This document shows positions 8,566-18,889 of a DNA stretch of 64,000 nucleotides, one piece after another. Position 1 is the stretch's first letter. Every line of letters begins with the position of its first letter. The stretch comes from Candidatus Spyradenecus sp. (GTDB taxonomy: Bacteria; Verrucomicrobiota; Verrucomicrobiia; Opitutales; UBA953). The position numbers and the translations under genes are program-made. The notes below the pieces were generated by a model that searched no databases, had not been told where the DNA came from, and saw only the letters and a list, made by a program, of their open reading frames with translations. The stretch is taken from NCBI GenBank assembly GCA_045535075.1, contig JAZSKX010000007.1, positions 64,001 through 128,000 on the forward strand. Reading direction: 5' to 3'.

Positions 8566-11193
8566 ATGAAGTCTTTGGTTATCGCAGAAAAGCCGTCCGT
8601 TGCAAAAGATATTGCGAAGGTTTTGAAGGTTCCCGCAAAGGGAGATATTTTCGAAAATAACGAATACGTCATTTCCTCGGCAGTCGGGCATTTGGTGTCT
8701 CTTTGCGATCCGGACGATTATGATGCGAAGTTGAAACGTTGGTCGCGTAAGACGCTTCCGATTCTTCCGAAAACTTTTAAACTCAAGGCTTCCGCCGAGC
8801 GCGGCGCGAAAGATCAGTTTTTAAAACTGAAAAAACTCATGGAACGCGCAGACGTCGATTGCGTTATCAACGCGTGCGACGCCGGGCGGGAAGGAGAATT
8901 GATTTTTGCTTACATTTACGATCTCGCCGGTTGCCGAAAGGCAACTAAGCGCCTTTGGCTGACAAGCATGACGCCGACTGCCGTGCGCGAGGGCTTTGAA
9001 AATCTTCTCGCCGGAGAAGAAAAATTCAATCTCTGCGAAGCCGCACGTTGCCGAGCCGAATCCGATTGGCTTATCGGCATGAACGGAACGCGAGCCGTTA
9101 CTTTGCGGACGAGCCCGGCGGGAAAAGGACAGGTGGCGACGGTCGGTCGCGTGCAAACCCCGACGCTCTCGCTGATTGTTCAGCGCGAACTCGATATTCG
9201 TAATTTTGACCCGAAGGCGTATTGGCGCATTGTCGGCGAATTCGGACTTGCCGCGGGAACGTACGAAGGCGTTTACCAACGTCCGGATTTTAAAAAATCC
9301 GACAAAAACGACGGGAACGCCGAAGCCGGCGACAAAGCTGACCGCATTTGGAACAAAGAGCAGGCGGAAGCGATTTTTGAAGCCTGCAAAAATGCGGGAA
9401 CGGGAACGATTACCGAAGAGAAAAAACACACAACCGAAGCTTGCCAGCGCCTTTACGATTTGACGACGCTTCAGCGCGAAGCCAACAAACGTTTCGGGTT
9501 CCCGGCGACGAAAACGCTTCAAATCGCACAAGCTCTCTACGAAAAACACAAGGCAACCACCTATCCGCGAACCGATTCGCGGGCGCTTCCCGAAGATTAT
9601 ATCGGCACTTGCTACCGTACGCTCGAAGCCCTCGAAGTGCGCGGAAACGTCGGAAAATTTGCCGCGCGCGTTTGCGAAAATAAATGGGTACGCCCGAACA
9701 AACGCATCTTCAATAACAAGGAAATTTCCGATCACTTTGCGATTATTCCGACCGACCAGCCGCCCAAAAGCGCTCTTTCCGCCGACGAGGAAAAAATCTA
9801 TGACATGGTCGTTCGTCGATTTATCGCCGTGTTTTTTCCTCCTGCGGAGTTCGACGTAACAACGCGTATGACTTGCGTTGCCGGGCATAATTTTAAAACC
9901 GAAGGAAAAGTTCTCGTCGTTCCCGGCTGGAAAGAAATCTACGGGCGCGAGGAAGGGAAAGCCGAAGATTCGCTTCCGGCGGTAACGGATGCGGACGGCG
10001 TGCCCGCGCAGGCGAAAGTCCTTGAAGTGCAGTGCCAGGAAGAATCAACAAAACCGCCGGCGCGCTACACCGAAGCGACGCTCCTGGCGGCGATGGAAAG
10101 CGCCGGAAAATTCGTCGAAGACGAAGAGCTCGCTCTTGCAATGAAAGAGCGCGGGCTCGGAACGCCGGCAACGCGTGCGGGAATCATTGATCATTTAATT
10201 AAAACAAAATACGTCGATCGAGCCGGGCGTGATTTGGTGCCGACGATCAAGGCGGAACAGCTGATGGCGTTTCTCAAGGTAACGGATGTCGAAATTCTCA
10301 CCAGCCCGGCGATGACCGGCGATTGGGAATTCCGCTTGCAGGAAGTCGCCGAAGGCAAGCGTTCCCGTAAGGAATTCATGGAAGGCATTGTTTCGCTTGC
10401 GACGCAAATCGTCGAAAAAGTCGGCTCCGACGGCGGCGACGATCAGTGGAACGAAACCGACATTATTTCTCCGACGGACGGAAAGGTTTTGCTCGAAAAT
10501 TATCGACTTTATCGTTCGCAGGATTCGGTTGTCGTAGGCAACGGCCGTTCTTTTCCGGCTCTTGTTATTTATAAAAATGCAAGCGGACACAACCTGACGA
10601 TTGAGGAGGTTCGGACGCTTGTTTCGGCGGGTGAAATCGGTCCGATCGAGGACTTTAAATCTCGATTCGGCAAACCGTTTACGGCGACACTCAAGCTCGA
10701 AAAAAATGAAAGCGGACTTTTGCGTTCGACCTTTGTTTTCCCGGAACGCGAAGGCGATGCGGCGGCAGCGGCGTTCGATTATTCCACGGGAACGGTCATC
10801 GGCGAATGCCCTGTAACCAAACTCAAAATTTACGACACGCCGAACGGTTATCGCCCCAATCCGGAAGAAGCGAAAGCGCAAAAAAATACTCCGTTCTCGA
10901 TGGCAAAGAAAATGCTCGGAGCCGAAATTACGCTCGAGCAAGTGCAAAAACTTTTGACCGAAGGCAAAACGGATTTAATCCAAGGATTTATTTCCAATCG
11001 TACGAAACGTCCGTTCGACGCGTTTTTGTGTTTGGGAAAAAATTCGACGAAGGTGCGTTTCGAGTTCCCGCCGCGTGAAGCCAAGCCGAAAGCGGAAAAG
11101 AAAAAAACACCCGCCAAGCGCAAGCTCATCAAAAAGCCGGCGAGCGGCGCGGGAATCAAAGCCAACGACGATACCGACATTCAAGTCGGATAA
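8566..11193 (+). CDS. topB: DNA topoisomerase III (type IA) with C-terminal repeats
   Basis: IAEKPSVA, DAGREGELI, GRVQTPTL, catalytic TYPRTD, GLGTPATRA; C-terminal GF.S..KPF.A.L repeats. Confidence 0.93.
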   Translation: MKSLVIAEKPSVAKDIAKVLKVPAKGDIFENNEYVISSAVGHLVSLCDPDDYDAKLKRWSRKTLPILPKTFKLKASAERGAKDQFLKLKKLMERADVDCVINACDAGREGELIFAYIYDLAGCRKATKRLWLTSMTPTAVREGFENLLAGEEKFNLCEAARCRAESDWLIGMNGTRAVTLRTSPAGKGQVATVGRVQTPTLSLIVQRELDIRNFDPKAYWRIVGEFGLAAGTYEGVYQRPDFKKSDKNDGNAEAGDKADRIWNKEQAEAIFEACKNAGTGTITEEKKHTTEACQRLYDLTTLQREANKRFGFPATKTLQIAQALYEKHKATTYPRTDSRALPEDYIGTCYRTLEALEVRGNVGKFAARVCENKWVRPNKRIFNNKEISDHFAIIPTDQPPKSALSADEEKIYDMVVRRFIAVFFPPAEFDVTTRMTCVAGHNFKTEGKVLVVPGWKEIYGREEGKAEDSLPAVTDADGVPAQAKVLEVQCQEESTKPPARYTEATLLAAMESAGKFVEDEELALAMKERGLGTPATRAGIIDHLIKTKYVDRAGRDLVPTIKAEQLMAFLKVTDVEILTSPAMTGDWEFRLQEVAEGKRSRKEFMEGIVSLATQIVEKVGSDGGDDQWNETDIISPTDGKVLLENYRLYRSQDSVVVGNGRSFPALVIYKNASGHNLTIEEVRTLVSAGEIGPIEDFKSRFGKPFTATLKLEKNESGLLRSTFVFPEREGDAAAAAFDYSTGTVIGECPVTKLKIYDTPNGYRPNPEEAKAQKNTPFSMAKKMLGAEITLEQVQKLLTEGKTDLIQGFISNRTKRPFDAFLCLGKNSTKVRFEFPPREAKPKAEKKKTPAKRKLIKKPASGAGIKANDDTDIQVG

Positions 11194-11227
11194 TGTTTCC
11201 GAATAAAATAGTTAATTGCTTGTTGGC

Positions 11228-12397
11228 ATGAGCGTTCGTATTTGCGAACTCGATTCGGAGAATTATTTCCGGAAAATTGCCGCGCACTACGGGAGCGACG
11301 AAAATATTTTTTTGCTCAATCCGACATGGAGCGGCGCTCAACGCTCCGTTGCCGAAACCTTGATAGGTCAATTTGAAAAAGCTTCTCCGGATGTTCGCGG
11401 AAAAATCTTTATCGCCAGCGGCGGGAGCGGCGGAAAAATCCGCTTCGTTGCCCACACGCAGAAAAGTTTGGAAGCCAGCGCGCATGCACTGATTCGGCAT
11501 TTGAAAATTTCTGCGGGAACGGCGTTTAACTGCTTTTCCTGCCTGCCGCCGTGGCATATCAGCGGATTGATGACTTATGTCCGTTCCCGTGTATCCGGCG
11601 GAAAATTACATATCGCTTCCGATACCGGCTTTCATAATGCGTCTTCTTTGGAAAATTTTCGAGATTTTGCAGGAGAATTTTGGACAGTCTCTCTCGTTCC
11701 TACGCAATTGATGCGTATTTTTGATTTGCCCGGAGGCGTGAATTGGTTGCGACAATTTGATTTTATTTTGCTCGGAGGGGCTGCCGTTCCCGTCGGACTG
11801 ATTGAACGGGCTCAAGCGGAAAAATTGAATTTCGGAATCGGATACGGCATGACGGAGACGGCATCGCTCGTGAGTCTTTGGAAAAACGGAGAAGGCGAAG
11901 AAATCGCGGGAACGACGCTTCCGCACGCGAAAATCACGCTTTCCGAAGCTGATTCCCGAATCCGCATTGCGGCTGATTCATTGGGCGAAACGCTGGACGA
12001 AAGCGGCGTTTTACTTCCGAATCCGAACGGTATTTTTGAAACCAACGACGAAGGGTGTTTCAACAAATCCGCTCGTCTTCGGGTGCTTGGGCGCGCGGAT
12101 CGTTACATCAACTCGGGCGGCGAAAAAATCGATCCGAAACTTGTCGAAAACGCCTTGCGCGATGCGGGCGCGAAAGAGGTTTTGGTGGCAGGAGAGCCTG
12201 ATGCCGAGTGGGGACAACGCGTTGTAGCGCTTTTGGTGTCGCCGTTCCCGCAGGACACGATCTGCCGCTTGCGTGAAAAACTTCCTTCGTGGATGTTGCC
12301 CAAACGCCTTATTCCCGTTCCCGTACTTCCGATTGATTCTAAAGGAAAAGTCGATTGCATCGCATTAGATAGGATTTTATCGGAGAAAAATTCTTAA
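11228..12397 (+). CDS. AMP-binding enzyme, O-succinylbenzoate-CoA ligase-like (MenE-like)
   Basis: SGGSGG, LPPWHISGLM, SLVPTQL, GYGMTET, GRADRYINSGGEKI, PDAEWGQ; ATG at 11228 taken as start. Confidence 0.75.
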   Translation: MSVRICELDSENYFRKIAAHYGSDENIFLLNPTWSGAQRSVAETLIGQFEKASPDVRGKIFIASGGSGGKIRFVAHTQKSLEASAHALIRHLKISAGTAFNCFSCLPPWHISGLMTYVRSRVSGGKLHIASDTGFHNASSLENFRDFAGEFWTVSLVPTQLMRIFDLPGGVNWLRQFDFILLGGAAVPVGLIERAQAEKLNFGIGYGMTETASLVSLWKNGEGEEIAGTTLPHAKITLSEADSRIRIAADSLGETLDESGVLLPNPNGIFETNDEGCFNKSARLRVLGRADRYINSGGEKIDPKLVENALRDAGAKEVLVAGEPDAEWGQRVVALLVSPFPQDTICRLREKLPSWMLPKRLIPVPVLPIDSKGKVDCIALDRILSEKNS

Positions 12398-12454
12398 AAT
12401 TTTCCGGATGCCGCTCTCCGATAAGCGTATTCTTTGTTTCCGGAAAGACCTCAC

Positions 12455-12489
12455 AAAAAAAGCGTTCCCGTGAAAAGGAACGCTTTTTT
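12455..12489. terminator. Bidirectional terminator between convergent menE-like and argF, derived from the motif
   Basis: A7-GCGTTCC-CGTGAAAA-GGAACGC-T6. Confidence 0.85.
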
Positions 12490-12506
12490 GCGAAAGTTTA
12501 TTTTTA

Positions 12507-13463
12507 TTAAACCTTTTTGTTTTCTTGCGCCAAGAACGCAAGAATCGCCTTTTGCGTGTGGAGGCGGTTTTCCGCTTCGTCAAAAATGATGCTTTGCGGA
12601 CCTTTCAGAACGCCTTCGGAAACTTCCTCGCCGATGTGCGCGGGCAGGCAGTGCATGAAATACGCGTCTTTTTTCGCAAGAGACATCAGATGTTCGTTGA
12701 CCTGATAGGGACGGAATTCGCGCAGGCGGCGTTCTTTTTCGTCTTCCATGCCCATGCTCACCCAAACGTCCGTGTAAAGCACGTCTGCGCCTTTGGCGGC
12801 GGCTTCCGGATCCGTCGTGAAGGTGAAATTCGGCGCGATGCCGTCCGCTTCAAACTGCTTGTAAAGTTCCGCCGGCGGCTCGTAGCCCGCGGGACCGCAG
12901 AGCACGACTTCCATGCCGAGATGAACGCAACCGAGCGCGAACGTGTTGCCCATGTTGCAAGCCGTGTCGCCGATGAAAACGATTTTGCGCCCGCGAAGCG
13001 ATTCGCCCATTTTTTTCGCGTTCCCGCCGCTCCAGCGTTCGGCGAGCGTGAACATGTCCGTGTAGAATTGGCACGGGTGGAGAAAATCGGAAAGGGCGTT
13101 GACGACGGGCATCGAGCCTTCGCGGACAAAGGTTTCGAGCAACGAATGTTCGTGGCAACGAATCACCATGCCGTGCAGATAGCGCGAAAGCACTTTCGCC
13201 GTGTCTTCCGGCGTTTCGCCGCGCGCGAGTTGCATATCGTCCGCGTTGAGCATGACGGGATTGCCGCCGAGTTCGCGCACGCCGACTTGGAAGGAGACAC
13301 GCGTCCGCGTCGATTTTTTAAAGAACAGAAGCCCCCAGGATTGGTCGGCAAGCGGCTTCGGCGCATCCGCGCTCCCGCGCGTGGCTTTCAGCTTGGCGGC
13401 GAGTTCAAAAACGTAGGCGGCTTCTTCGACGCTCAAATCGGTTTCTTTCAAAAAATGTCTCAT
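12507..13463 (-). CDS. argF: Ornithine carbamoyltransferase
   Basis: KSTRTRVSF, HPCQ, DVWVSMG, MHCLPAH, EAENRLH; start set to MRHFL (ATG 13463). Confidence 0.95.
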   Translation of the reverse strand: MRHFLKETDLSVEEAAYVFELAAKLKATRGSADAPKPLADQSWGLLFFKKSTRTRVSFQVGVRELGGNPVMLNADDMQLARGETPEDTAKVLSRYLHGMVIRCHEHSLLETFVREGSMPVVNALSDFLHPCQFYTDMFTLAERWSGGNAKKMGESLRGRKIVFIGDTACNMGNTFALGCVHLGMEVVLCGPAGYEPPAELYKQFEADGIAPNFTFTTDPEAAAKGADVLYTDVWVSMGMEDEKERRLREFRPYQVNEHLMSLAKKDAYFMHCLPAHIGEEVSEGVLKGPQSIIFDEAENRLHTQKAILAFLAQENKKV

Positions 13464-13627
13464 GTTCCGGCTGAATTGAATTAAAAATAAAAGAAAGAAT
13501 TGAATCTTTGCGGAAAGAACCACGCAATTCAATTTTCGACAATTTGCGATGAAGAGCGCGAATACGCGGAAGGGAATTTTTATTTCTTTCCGGAAATTGG
13601 TAGATAAAAAAAGCAATTTCCCCTAGA

Positions 13628-14914
13628 ATGTCGATCATGCGTTTTGCCCCGATTTTCAGCGTTTTGGTTGTTGCTTGTCTCTTAAATCTGACGGTGTTTG
13701 CCGAGGACGAATCAATGGCGGGAACGCATTGTATCGACACGAAAACTCCGGAGGCGTTTTCCGAGAGCGTTACGACATTTTGGAGTGGTGACGGGAACGG
13801 GTTTGTCGGAGCTTGGAATTCCGGCTATGCCGTGCGTTGGCAGAAGACGGAGACTGCGGGAAAGGACGCGCCGATTCAGTACTCTGCATATCTTAGCGGA
13901 ATGAAGATTTTCGGCGTTCCCGCAGAGCAGATTAAGTTGGAAGTCGTTGCCGGAAAGCTTTGCGAAATTGAAATTATGTTTTTCAATAAGGGCGACACGG
14001 CATCGCGTTTGGGATTCGGTTCCGAGAGCGTGAAGTCGCGCGGCGAGAAAAAGGATTTTACCGAGAAACAGTGGGAAAAGTGCGCTGATGAAATTCGTCG
14101 GGTTCTAGGAAAATTCGGCAAGGCGCGCCGCGGGAAAATCGGTTCGCTCAAATTGCGGCGTAGCGTTGAGATTTGGGAAAACGGAGCCAATGCATTTCTG
14201 TTGGATGCGCAGGAAAACGAGTTCGTGCGCGTACTTGTTGTTCCTCGTGTTCAATTAAAGAAGCTGATGTCTTCGGCTGCGGAGCGTGCCAAAGGAGACT
14301 TGCGGGAAAATGTCGTTCGTCGCCCCAACGGAGACGTACTCGTCGGGGAAATTCCGATGGTCGACCAAGGGCAGAAAGGCTATTGCGTTCCCGCGACGAT
14401 TGAGCGCGTTTTGCGTTATTACGGGATCAGCGAACTCGATATGCACAAAATTGCGGAGTTGGCGGAGACAAATGTCGGAGGCGGAACGACGATGCCCGAT
14501 GTTGTTCGCGGCGTAGGGCCTGTTGTTAAAAAAAATCGCCTGAAATTTGCGACGCGCCGCATGCAGTTTGCAAAAATTCGTCAATGCGTGGACAAGGGAA
14601 TTCCGATGTTTTGGTGTATGTTTGCGGCTCCGGATTATTTAAACCGCTTGCGGGCAAATACTTTGGAGCGTGCGGCGGTTTCGGATTTTTCCGCGTTTGC
14701 CAAAAAACTCAAAAATGCCGACAAGCTCGAAATTCCGCGAAACGAATTGATGCGCCACGCTCACGTGTGTCTCATCATCGGTTATAATTCTAAAACAAAA
14801 GAAGTTTGTGTATCCGATTCTTGGGGCGACCATACGGCTGAGCAGTGGATTGCTTTTGAAGACGCTCTTTATGTTACGCAGAAAAACGCGTCGCTTTATA
14901 TTCTTGAAAAATAA
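13628..14914 (+). CDS. Secreted protein with C-terminal C39-like cysteine peptidase domain
   Basis: Signal peptide; DQGQKGYCVPA (Q...C), HVCLIIGY (H), DSWG (D). Confidence 0.7.
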   Translation: MSIMRFAPIFSVLVVACLLNLTVFAEDESMAGTHCIDTKTPEAFSESVTTFWSGDGNGFVGAWNSGYAVRWQKTETAGKDAPIQYSAYLSGMKIFGVPAEQIKLEVVAGKLCEIEIMFFNKGDTASRLGFGSESVKSRGEKKDFTEKQWEKCADEIRRVLGKFGKARRGKIGSLKLRRSVEIWENGANAFLLDAQENEFVRVLVVPRVQLKKLMSSAAERAKGDLRENVVRRPNGDVLVGEIPMVDQGQKGYCVPATIERVLRYYGISELDMHKIAELAETNVGGGTTMPDVVRGVGPVVKKNRLKFATRRMQFAKIRQCVDKGIPMFWCMFAAPDYLNRLRANTLERAAVSDFSAFAKKLKNADKLEIPRNELMRHAHVCLIIGYNSKTKEVCVSDSWGDHTAEQWIAFEDALYVTQKNASLYILEK

Positions 14915-14985
14915 AATCTCGAACGGTTTCTATCGGCGTAAAATGCTCGGCGGAAGCGGAATTCCCCATTCGCGGGAACGCACAT

Positions 14986-15014
14986 TTGACAAGCGGGCGT
15001 TCTTGTTGGAAACT
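14986..15014 (+). promoter_or_regulatory. Candidate sigma70-type promoter for LysM-parB-rbfA
   Basis: TTGACA-17 nt-GAAACT. Confidence 0.5.
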
Positions 15015-15022
15015 ATGAGAAA

Positions 15023-15637
15023 ATGTCCATGTTCAAATTAGTTTTTAGTTCAGCGCTTCTCTCTCTATTGCTTTGTATTTTTCCTTCGGAGCTTTGCGCC
15101 CAGCAAATTTCGGCGCGCCGGATTGCCGCTTTGATTGAGGAAATAACGGCGTTGCGTGATGAAGTGAATCGTTTGCGCGTGGACGTGGAAGATTTGCGCG
15201 CGGAAAATGTGCGTTTGGAAGAATTGGTTCGCAGTAAGAAACGTTCGTCGAGCGATGCCGCGGAAATTGCTGCGTTGCGTGTGGAAATCAACAACAAACT
15301 GGAGGCTCAGCGCCGTGAGATTTCTGCCGAGACCGAGAAACGTATTGCGCGTGTAAGCGCGGAAGTCAACGAAGCTTTGAACAATATGCGGCGCCAGGTT
15401 AACGCCGCGTTGGATTCCGTTCATACGGACAAACCGGTAAAGCCGGCAACTCCGTTGAAAGAACCGAAGGATCTTCCCGCAAAAGGAATTCAATATAAAA
15501 TTAAAGCAGGGGATACGCTTTCTAAAATCGCGCGGGAACACCGCTCGAAGTTGGACTGGATTCTTTATGTGAATCCCGGATTGGATGCGAACCGCCTTCA
15601 GCTCGGCAAGGAAATCGTCATCCCGCAGGCAGAATAA
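15023..15637 (+). CDS. Secreted coiled-coil protein with C-terminal LysM domain
   Basis: Signal peptide, heptad-rich helix, YKIKAGDTLSKIA...NPGLDANRLQLGKEIVIP. Confidence 0.88.
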   Translation: MSMFKLVFSSALLSLLLCIFPSELCAQQISARRIAALIEEITALRDEVNRLRVDVEDLRAENVRLEELVRSKKRSSSDAAEIAALRVEINNKLEAQRREISAETEKRIARVSAEVNEALNNMRRQVNAALDSVHTDKPVKPATPLKEPKDLPAKGIQYKIKAGDTLSKIAREHRSKLDWILYVNPGLDANRLQLGKEIVIPQAE

Positions 15638-15655
15638 AACACTCTCGACAACATC

Positions 15656-16633
15656 ATGGCACAATCCAAGAAAAAACTCGGTCACGGTCGCGGTATTCAC
15701 GATCTGATTTCTCAGTCTGCGGTCAAAAAAGCCGCGAATGCTTCTTTTAAGAAAAACGTTCCCGTCGCTTCGGCTTCCGGCGCCGTTCCCGTGAGCAAAA
15801 CAGCGGTGCCGATTCCGGCGGCAAATCTTCCCGTTTCGCCGTTTCGCGATTTGCCGATAGAGGCAATTTCCGCCTCGCCTAATCAGTCGCGCCGGAATTT
15901 TGCTGCCGATGCGTTGAACGAACTCGCCGATTCCATCCGCGCTGAAGGACTGATGCAACCGATTGTCGTTCGGGAAAAAAGTAAAGGAGAATTTCAGCTT
16001 ATCGCGGGCGAACGCCGTTGGCGCGCATGTAAGCTAATCGGAATGAAAACAATTTCCGCACGCGTCGTTAAGGCAAGCGATGCTTCCAGCGCGGCGATGA
16101 CACTGATTGAAAATCTTCAGCGGGAAAATCTTGACCCGATTGAAGAAGCTTTCGGCATCGGGAGTTTGATGCGCGATTTCAATCTTACACAGGAAGCCGT
16201 TTCGGAGCGCGTCGGCAAGGCTCGATCATCCGTCGCGAACTCGTTGCGCTTGCTCTCGCTTGACAGGGAAATTCAGGGTTACATCTCCAAGGGGCAACTT
16301 AGCGTCGGACACGCAAAGGTGCTATTGGGAATCGACAATGAGATGGAGCGGCTTTTGCTCGCCCGGCGCTTTGTCGAATCTGCGTGCAGCGTGCGTGATG
16401 CCGAAAAACTTGCCAAGAAGCTCAAGGACGGAAAGGCGGATGCCAAGAGCGGAAGCGGCGACGTTCCCGTAATTCGCCAAATATCTCAGGAGATTTTCAA
16501 TATCGAAAAGAATCTCTGTTCGCATTTGCATACGAAAGTTCAGGTTAAGCACGGGAAGAACTCGGGGAAAATCATTATCGAGTATCACGGGAACGACGAT
16601 CTTGCGCGCCTCCTCGAATGCTTCGGGCTCTAA
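15656..16633 (+). CDS. parB: ParB/Spo0J chromosome partitioning protein
   Basis: LGHGRG N-terminus, QPIVVR, IAGERRWRA, ENLQRENL, HTH GKARSSVANSLRLL. Confidence 0.93.
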   Translation: MAQSKKKLGHGRGIHDLISQSAVKKAANASFKKNVPVASASGAVPVSKTAVPIPAANLPVSPFRDLPIEAISASPNQSRRNFAADALNELADSIRAEGLMQPIVVREKSKGEFQLIAGERRWRACKLIGMKTISARVVKASDASSAAMTLIENLQRENLDPIEEAFGIGSLMRDFNLTQEAVSERVGKARSSVANSLRLLSLDREIQGYISKGQLSVGHAKVLLGIDNEMERLLLARRFVESACSVRDAEKLAKKLKDGKADAKSGSGDVPVIRQISQEIFNIEKNLCSHLHTKVQVKHGKNSGKIIIEYHGNDDLARLLECFGL

Positions 16634-16654
16634 TCCGTAACGGAGAATTTTACA

Positions 16655-17041
16655 ATGTCACAGAGAACTGTTCGCGTTAACGAATTGCTTCGCCTCGAAA
16701 TCAGTGAACAACTTCACCGGCGCTGGCCGACGGAAAGCGTTCGCGTAACGATTACCGCTGTCGATATTTCGCCGGATCTGCGGGAAGCCCGTATCTATTA
16801 TTCCGTCATCGGCGGGAAGGAAGATCGTCTCGCGGCGCGTCGCCTTTTTGAGCGTGTTTCAAAGACTCTGCGCATGGAAGTCTCCAAGCGCGTTATTTTG
16901 AAGTACACGCCGGCGTACCGATTTGTGGAAGACAAAGGTGTTGCCCATGGCGTTTCCGTGATTGACCTGCTGGATCAGGTTGCTGCCGAAGATGCGGCGC
17001 GCGATGAAAAATACGGAACGCAAGAGCAGGGAAATGATTAA
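16655..17041 (+). CDS. rbfA: Ribosome-binding factor A
   Basis: RVNELLRLEIS, ITAVDISPDLREARIY, LKYTP. Confidence 0.9.
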   Translation: MSQRTVRVNELLRLEISEQLHRRWPTESVRVTITAVDISPDLREARIYYSVIGGKEDRLAARRLFERVSKTLRMEVSKRVILKYTPAYRFVEDKGVAHGVSVIDLLDQVAAEDAARDEKYGTQEQGND

Positions 17042-17067
17042 ATTTTCCTCGAAAAATATAAAAAAAG

Positions 17068-17109
17068 AAAACAGCCGGTTTTAAGAATGTTAAATCCGGC
17101 TGTTTTTTT
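17068..17109. terminator. Bidirectional terminator between rbfA and sdaAA (not motif-based)
   Basis: AAAACAGCCGG...CCGGCTGTTTTTTT. Confidence 0.8.
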
Positions 17110-17146
17110 ATATCGATTTTATCGGATATGCCGTTCCCGCGTATTG

Positions 17147-18031
17147 TTAGCGATTCTTGCAGAGCGAACAGGCGGACGGCGAAATGGCGAGCCCGCCTTT
17201 GGAGGTTTCCCGCAGCTCGGCGGGCATACGGCGACCGACATCCTGCATGGCGAAAATCGCGTCGTCAAGCGTTACACGCGGGGAAATTCCGGCGAGAGCA
17301 AGCGATGCCGCAAGGTAAGAATGAACGGCAAACATCCCGTTGCGCGATACGCAGGGAACCTCGACAAAACCTCCGATCGGATCGCAGACTAACCCGAGCG
17401 TGTTGATGAGCGCAAACGTTCCCGCAGCGCAGGCCTGACGCGGTGTGCCGCCGAGAGCTTCGACGATTGCCGCCGCCGCAATCGCGGAGGCACTCCCGAC
17501 CTCCGCTTGGCATCCGCCTTGCGCTCCCGCGATAAACGCCTTGTCCGCAATAATCATACCGATGCCGCTCGCCGTAAAAAGCGCCCGGGTGAGCGTGTCT
17601 TCATCAAGGCCGCGCGTTTCCTCCAAAAGCGTCAGGCACGCGGGAACGATGCCTGCGGAACCGGCTGTCGGCGTCGCAACGATTTTGCCGAACTGCGCAT
17701 TGGTTTCCAAGACGGCATAGCCGTACGCAACAAGACGCGTCAATTCGGCTCCGAGTAGCGTGTTCCCGCCGGCGGCGTACTCAAGGATTTTTCGGGCATC
17801 TCCGCCGGAAAGCCCGCTTGGGGACGCTGATGTGATTTCCAAGCCGCGCTTGACGGACTGCCGCATGGTGCGAAAATGCTCGCGCATTTTTTCAAAGTTT
17901 TCTTCTCGGGAAACTCCGGAAAAAAGAGTTTCGCGGCGTAACGCAAGTTCACCGACGGAAATGGAGTCCTGCTCGCAAATCGCGAGCATTTCGGCGGCGT
18001 TTTCGTAGTCGTAATCAGGAGCTTGGTTCAT
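17147..18031 (-). CDS. sdaAA: L-serine dehydratase, Fe-S dependent, alpha subunit
   Basis: IVATPTAGSAG, GAQGGCQAEVG, LGLVCDPIGGFVEVPC, LRETSKGGLA; start set to ATG 18031. Confidence 0.92.
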   Translation of the reverse strand: MNQAPDYDYENAAEMLAICEQDSISVGELALRRETLFSGVSREENFEKMREHFRTMRQSVKRGLEITSASPSGLSGGDARKILEYAAGGNTLLGAELTRLVAYGYAVLETNAQFGKIVATPTAGSAGIVPACLTLLEETRGLDEDTLTRALFTASGIGMIIADKAFIAGAQGGCQAEVGSASAIAAAAIVEALGGTPRQACAAGTFALINTLGLVCDPIGGFVEVPCVSRNGMFAVHSYLAASLALAGISPRVTLDDAIFAMQDVGRRMPAELRETSKGGLAISPSACSLCKNR

Positions 18032-18039
18032 CGGAAAAA

Positions 18040-18717
18040 TCAGCAAATTTTCGGAATGCGGACACCGCGTTTTACGAACGGAATTTTAAGTAAAACGCTC
18101 ATGCAGTCATCCGGAATCGGAGAATCGGTTTTGATAACGGTAAACGCATCATTTTCCCGCATTTTTCGAGCGGTGATAATCGTCGCAATGTTGGCTTCGA
18201 CGCAAGAAAGCAATCCGGTAACACGCGCAAGAAAGCCGGGACGGTCGAGATGCCAGCATACGATGGAATCAAGCGTGCCCGAAAGGCGGGTTTCGAAACT
18301 GTCGATTTCTCGAATTTCGACGTTCCCGCCGCCGACGCTCGCTCCCGTCACAATGAGGTTTTCTCCGTCCGGAAAATAGAATGTGATACGAGCCGAGTTC
18401 GGATGTGCGTCGGCTCCGAGATCGACAGTTTCGAAATCGACGCCGATTCCGCGTTTGCGCGCGAGTGTAAGCGAGTCCTTGAGGCGTTCGTCGTCCGGGC
18501 TCAAGCCGAGTAAGCCGGCAACGATTCCGCGATCCGTCGCGTGTCCTTTTCCCGTGGCGGCAAATGAACCGTGAAGCTCTATTTTTACGCGCGCAAACGC
18601 CGCAAAGCTTTTGGCAAGATGATGCGCAAGCAGTCCGAGGCGAACCGCGCCCGCCGTATGCGAACTGGAAGGCCCGACCATTGCCGGCCCGATAACGTCA
18701 AACGCGGAGATATTCAT
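18040..18717 (-). CDS. sdaAB: L-serine dehydratase beta subunit (with ACT domain)
   Basis: SAFDVIGPAMVGPSSSHTAGA, HGSFAATGKGHATD, HPNS, GASVGGG. Confidence 0.92.
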   Translation of the reverse strand: MNISAFDVIGPAMVGPSSSHTAGAVRLGLLAHHLAKSFAAFARVKIELHGSFAATGKGHATDRGIVAGLLGLSPDDERLKDSLTLARKRGIGVDFETVDLGADAHPNSARITFYFPDGENLIVTGASVGGGNVEIREIDSFETRLSGTLDSIVCWHLDRPGFLARVTGLLSCVEANIATIITARKMRENDAFTVIKTDSPIPDDCMSVLLKIPFVKRGVRIPKIC

Positions 18718-18809
18718 TACGGCATTGTAGAATTTTCATTTCCTTCCTAAAAGCGAAAAATAGAAATTTGCGTAATCTGTTTCCTAACAAAATCCTAACT
18801 TTCGGGCGG

Positions 18810-18838
18810 TTGACATTCCGTTTGAAATCGGGGATCGT
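18810..18838 (+). promoter_or_regulatory. Candidate promoter of the first Na/Pi transporter
   Basis: TTGACA-17 nt-GATCGT. Confidence 0.45.
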
Positions 18839-18889
18839 TTCCGAATTGTTTGAATATTTTCAAAAATTTAACCCAACTAAAGTAACACT

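Noticed and set aside
13464..13616. N-terminal extensions in the ORF track for argF (also pflA, menF-like, lptA-like, skp, DUF4838)
   Set aside because: The extensions run through AT-rich intergenic DNA or overlap neighbouring genes; family homology or signal peptides begin at downstream ATGs.
15656..16633. parB as a sign of a plasmid/prophage or nearby origin
   Set aside because: It is a chromosomal Spo0J type between LysM and rbfA. I saw no parA, no dnaA and no full parS palindrome; TTTCACGTGA at ~42697 is only partial and lies inside a CDS.
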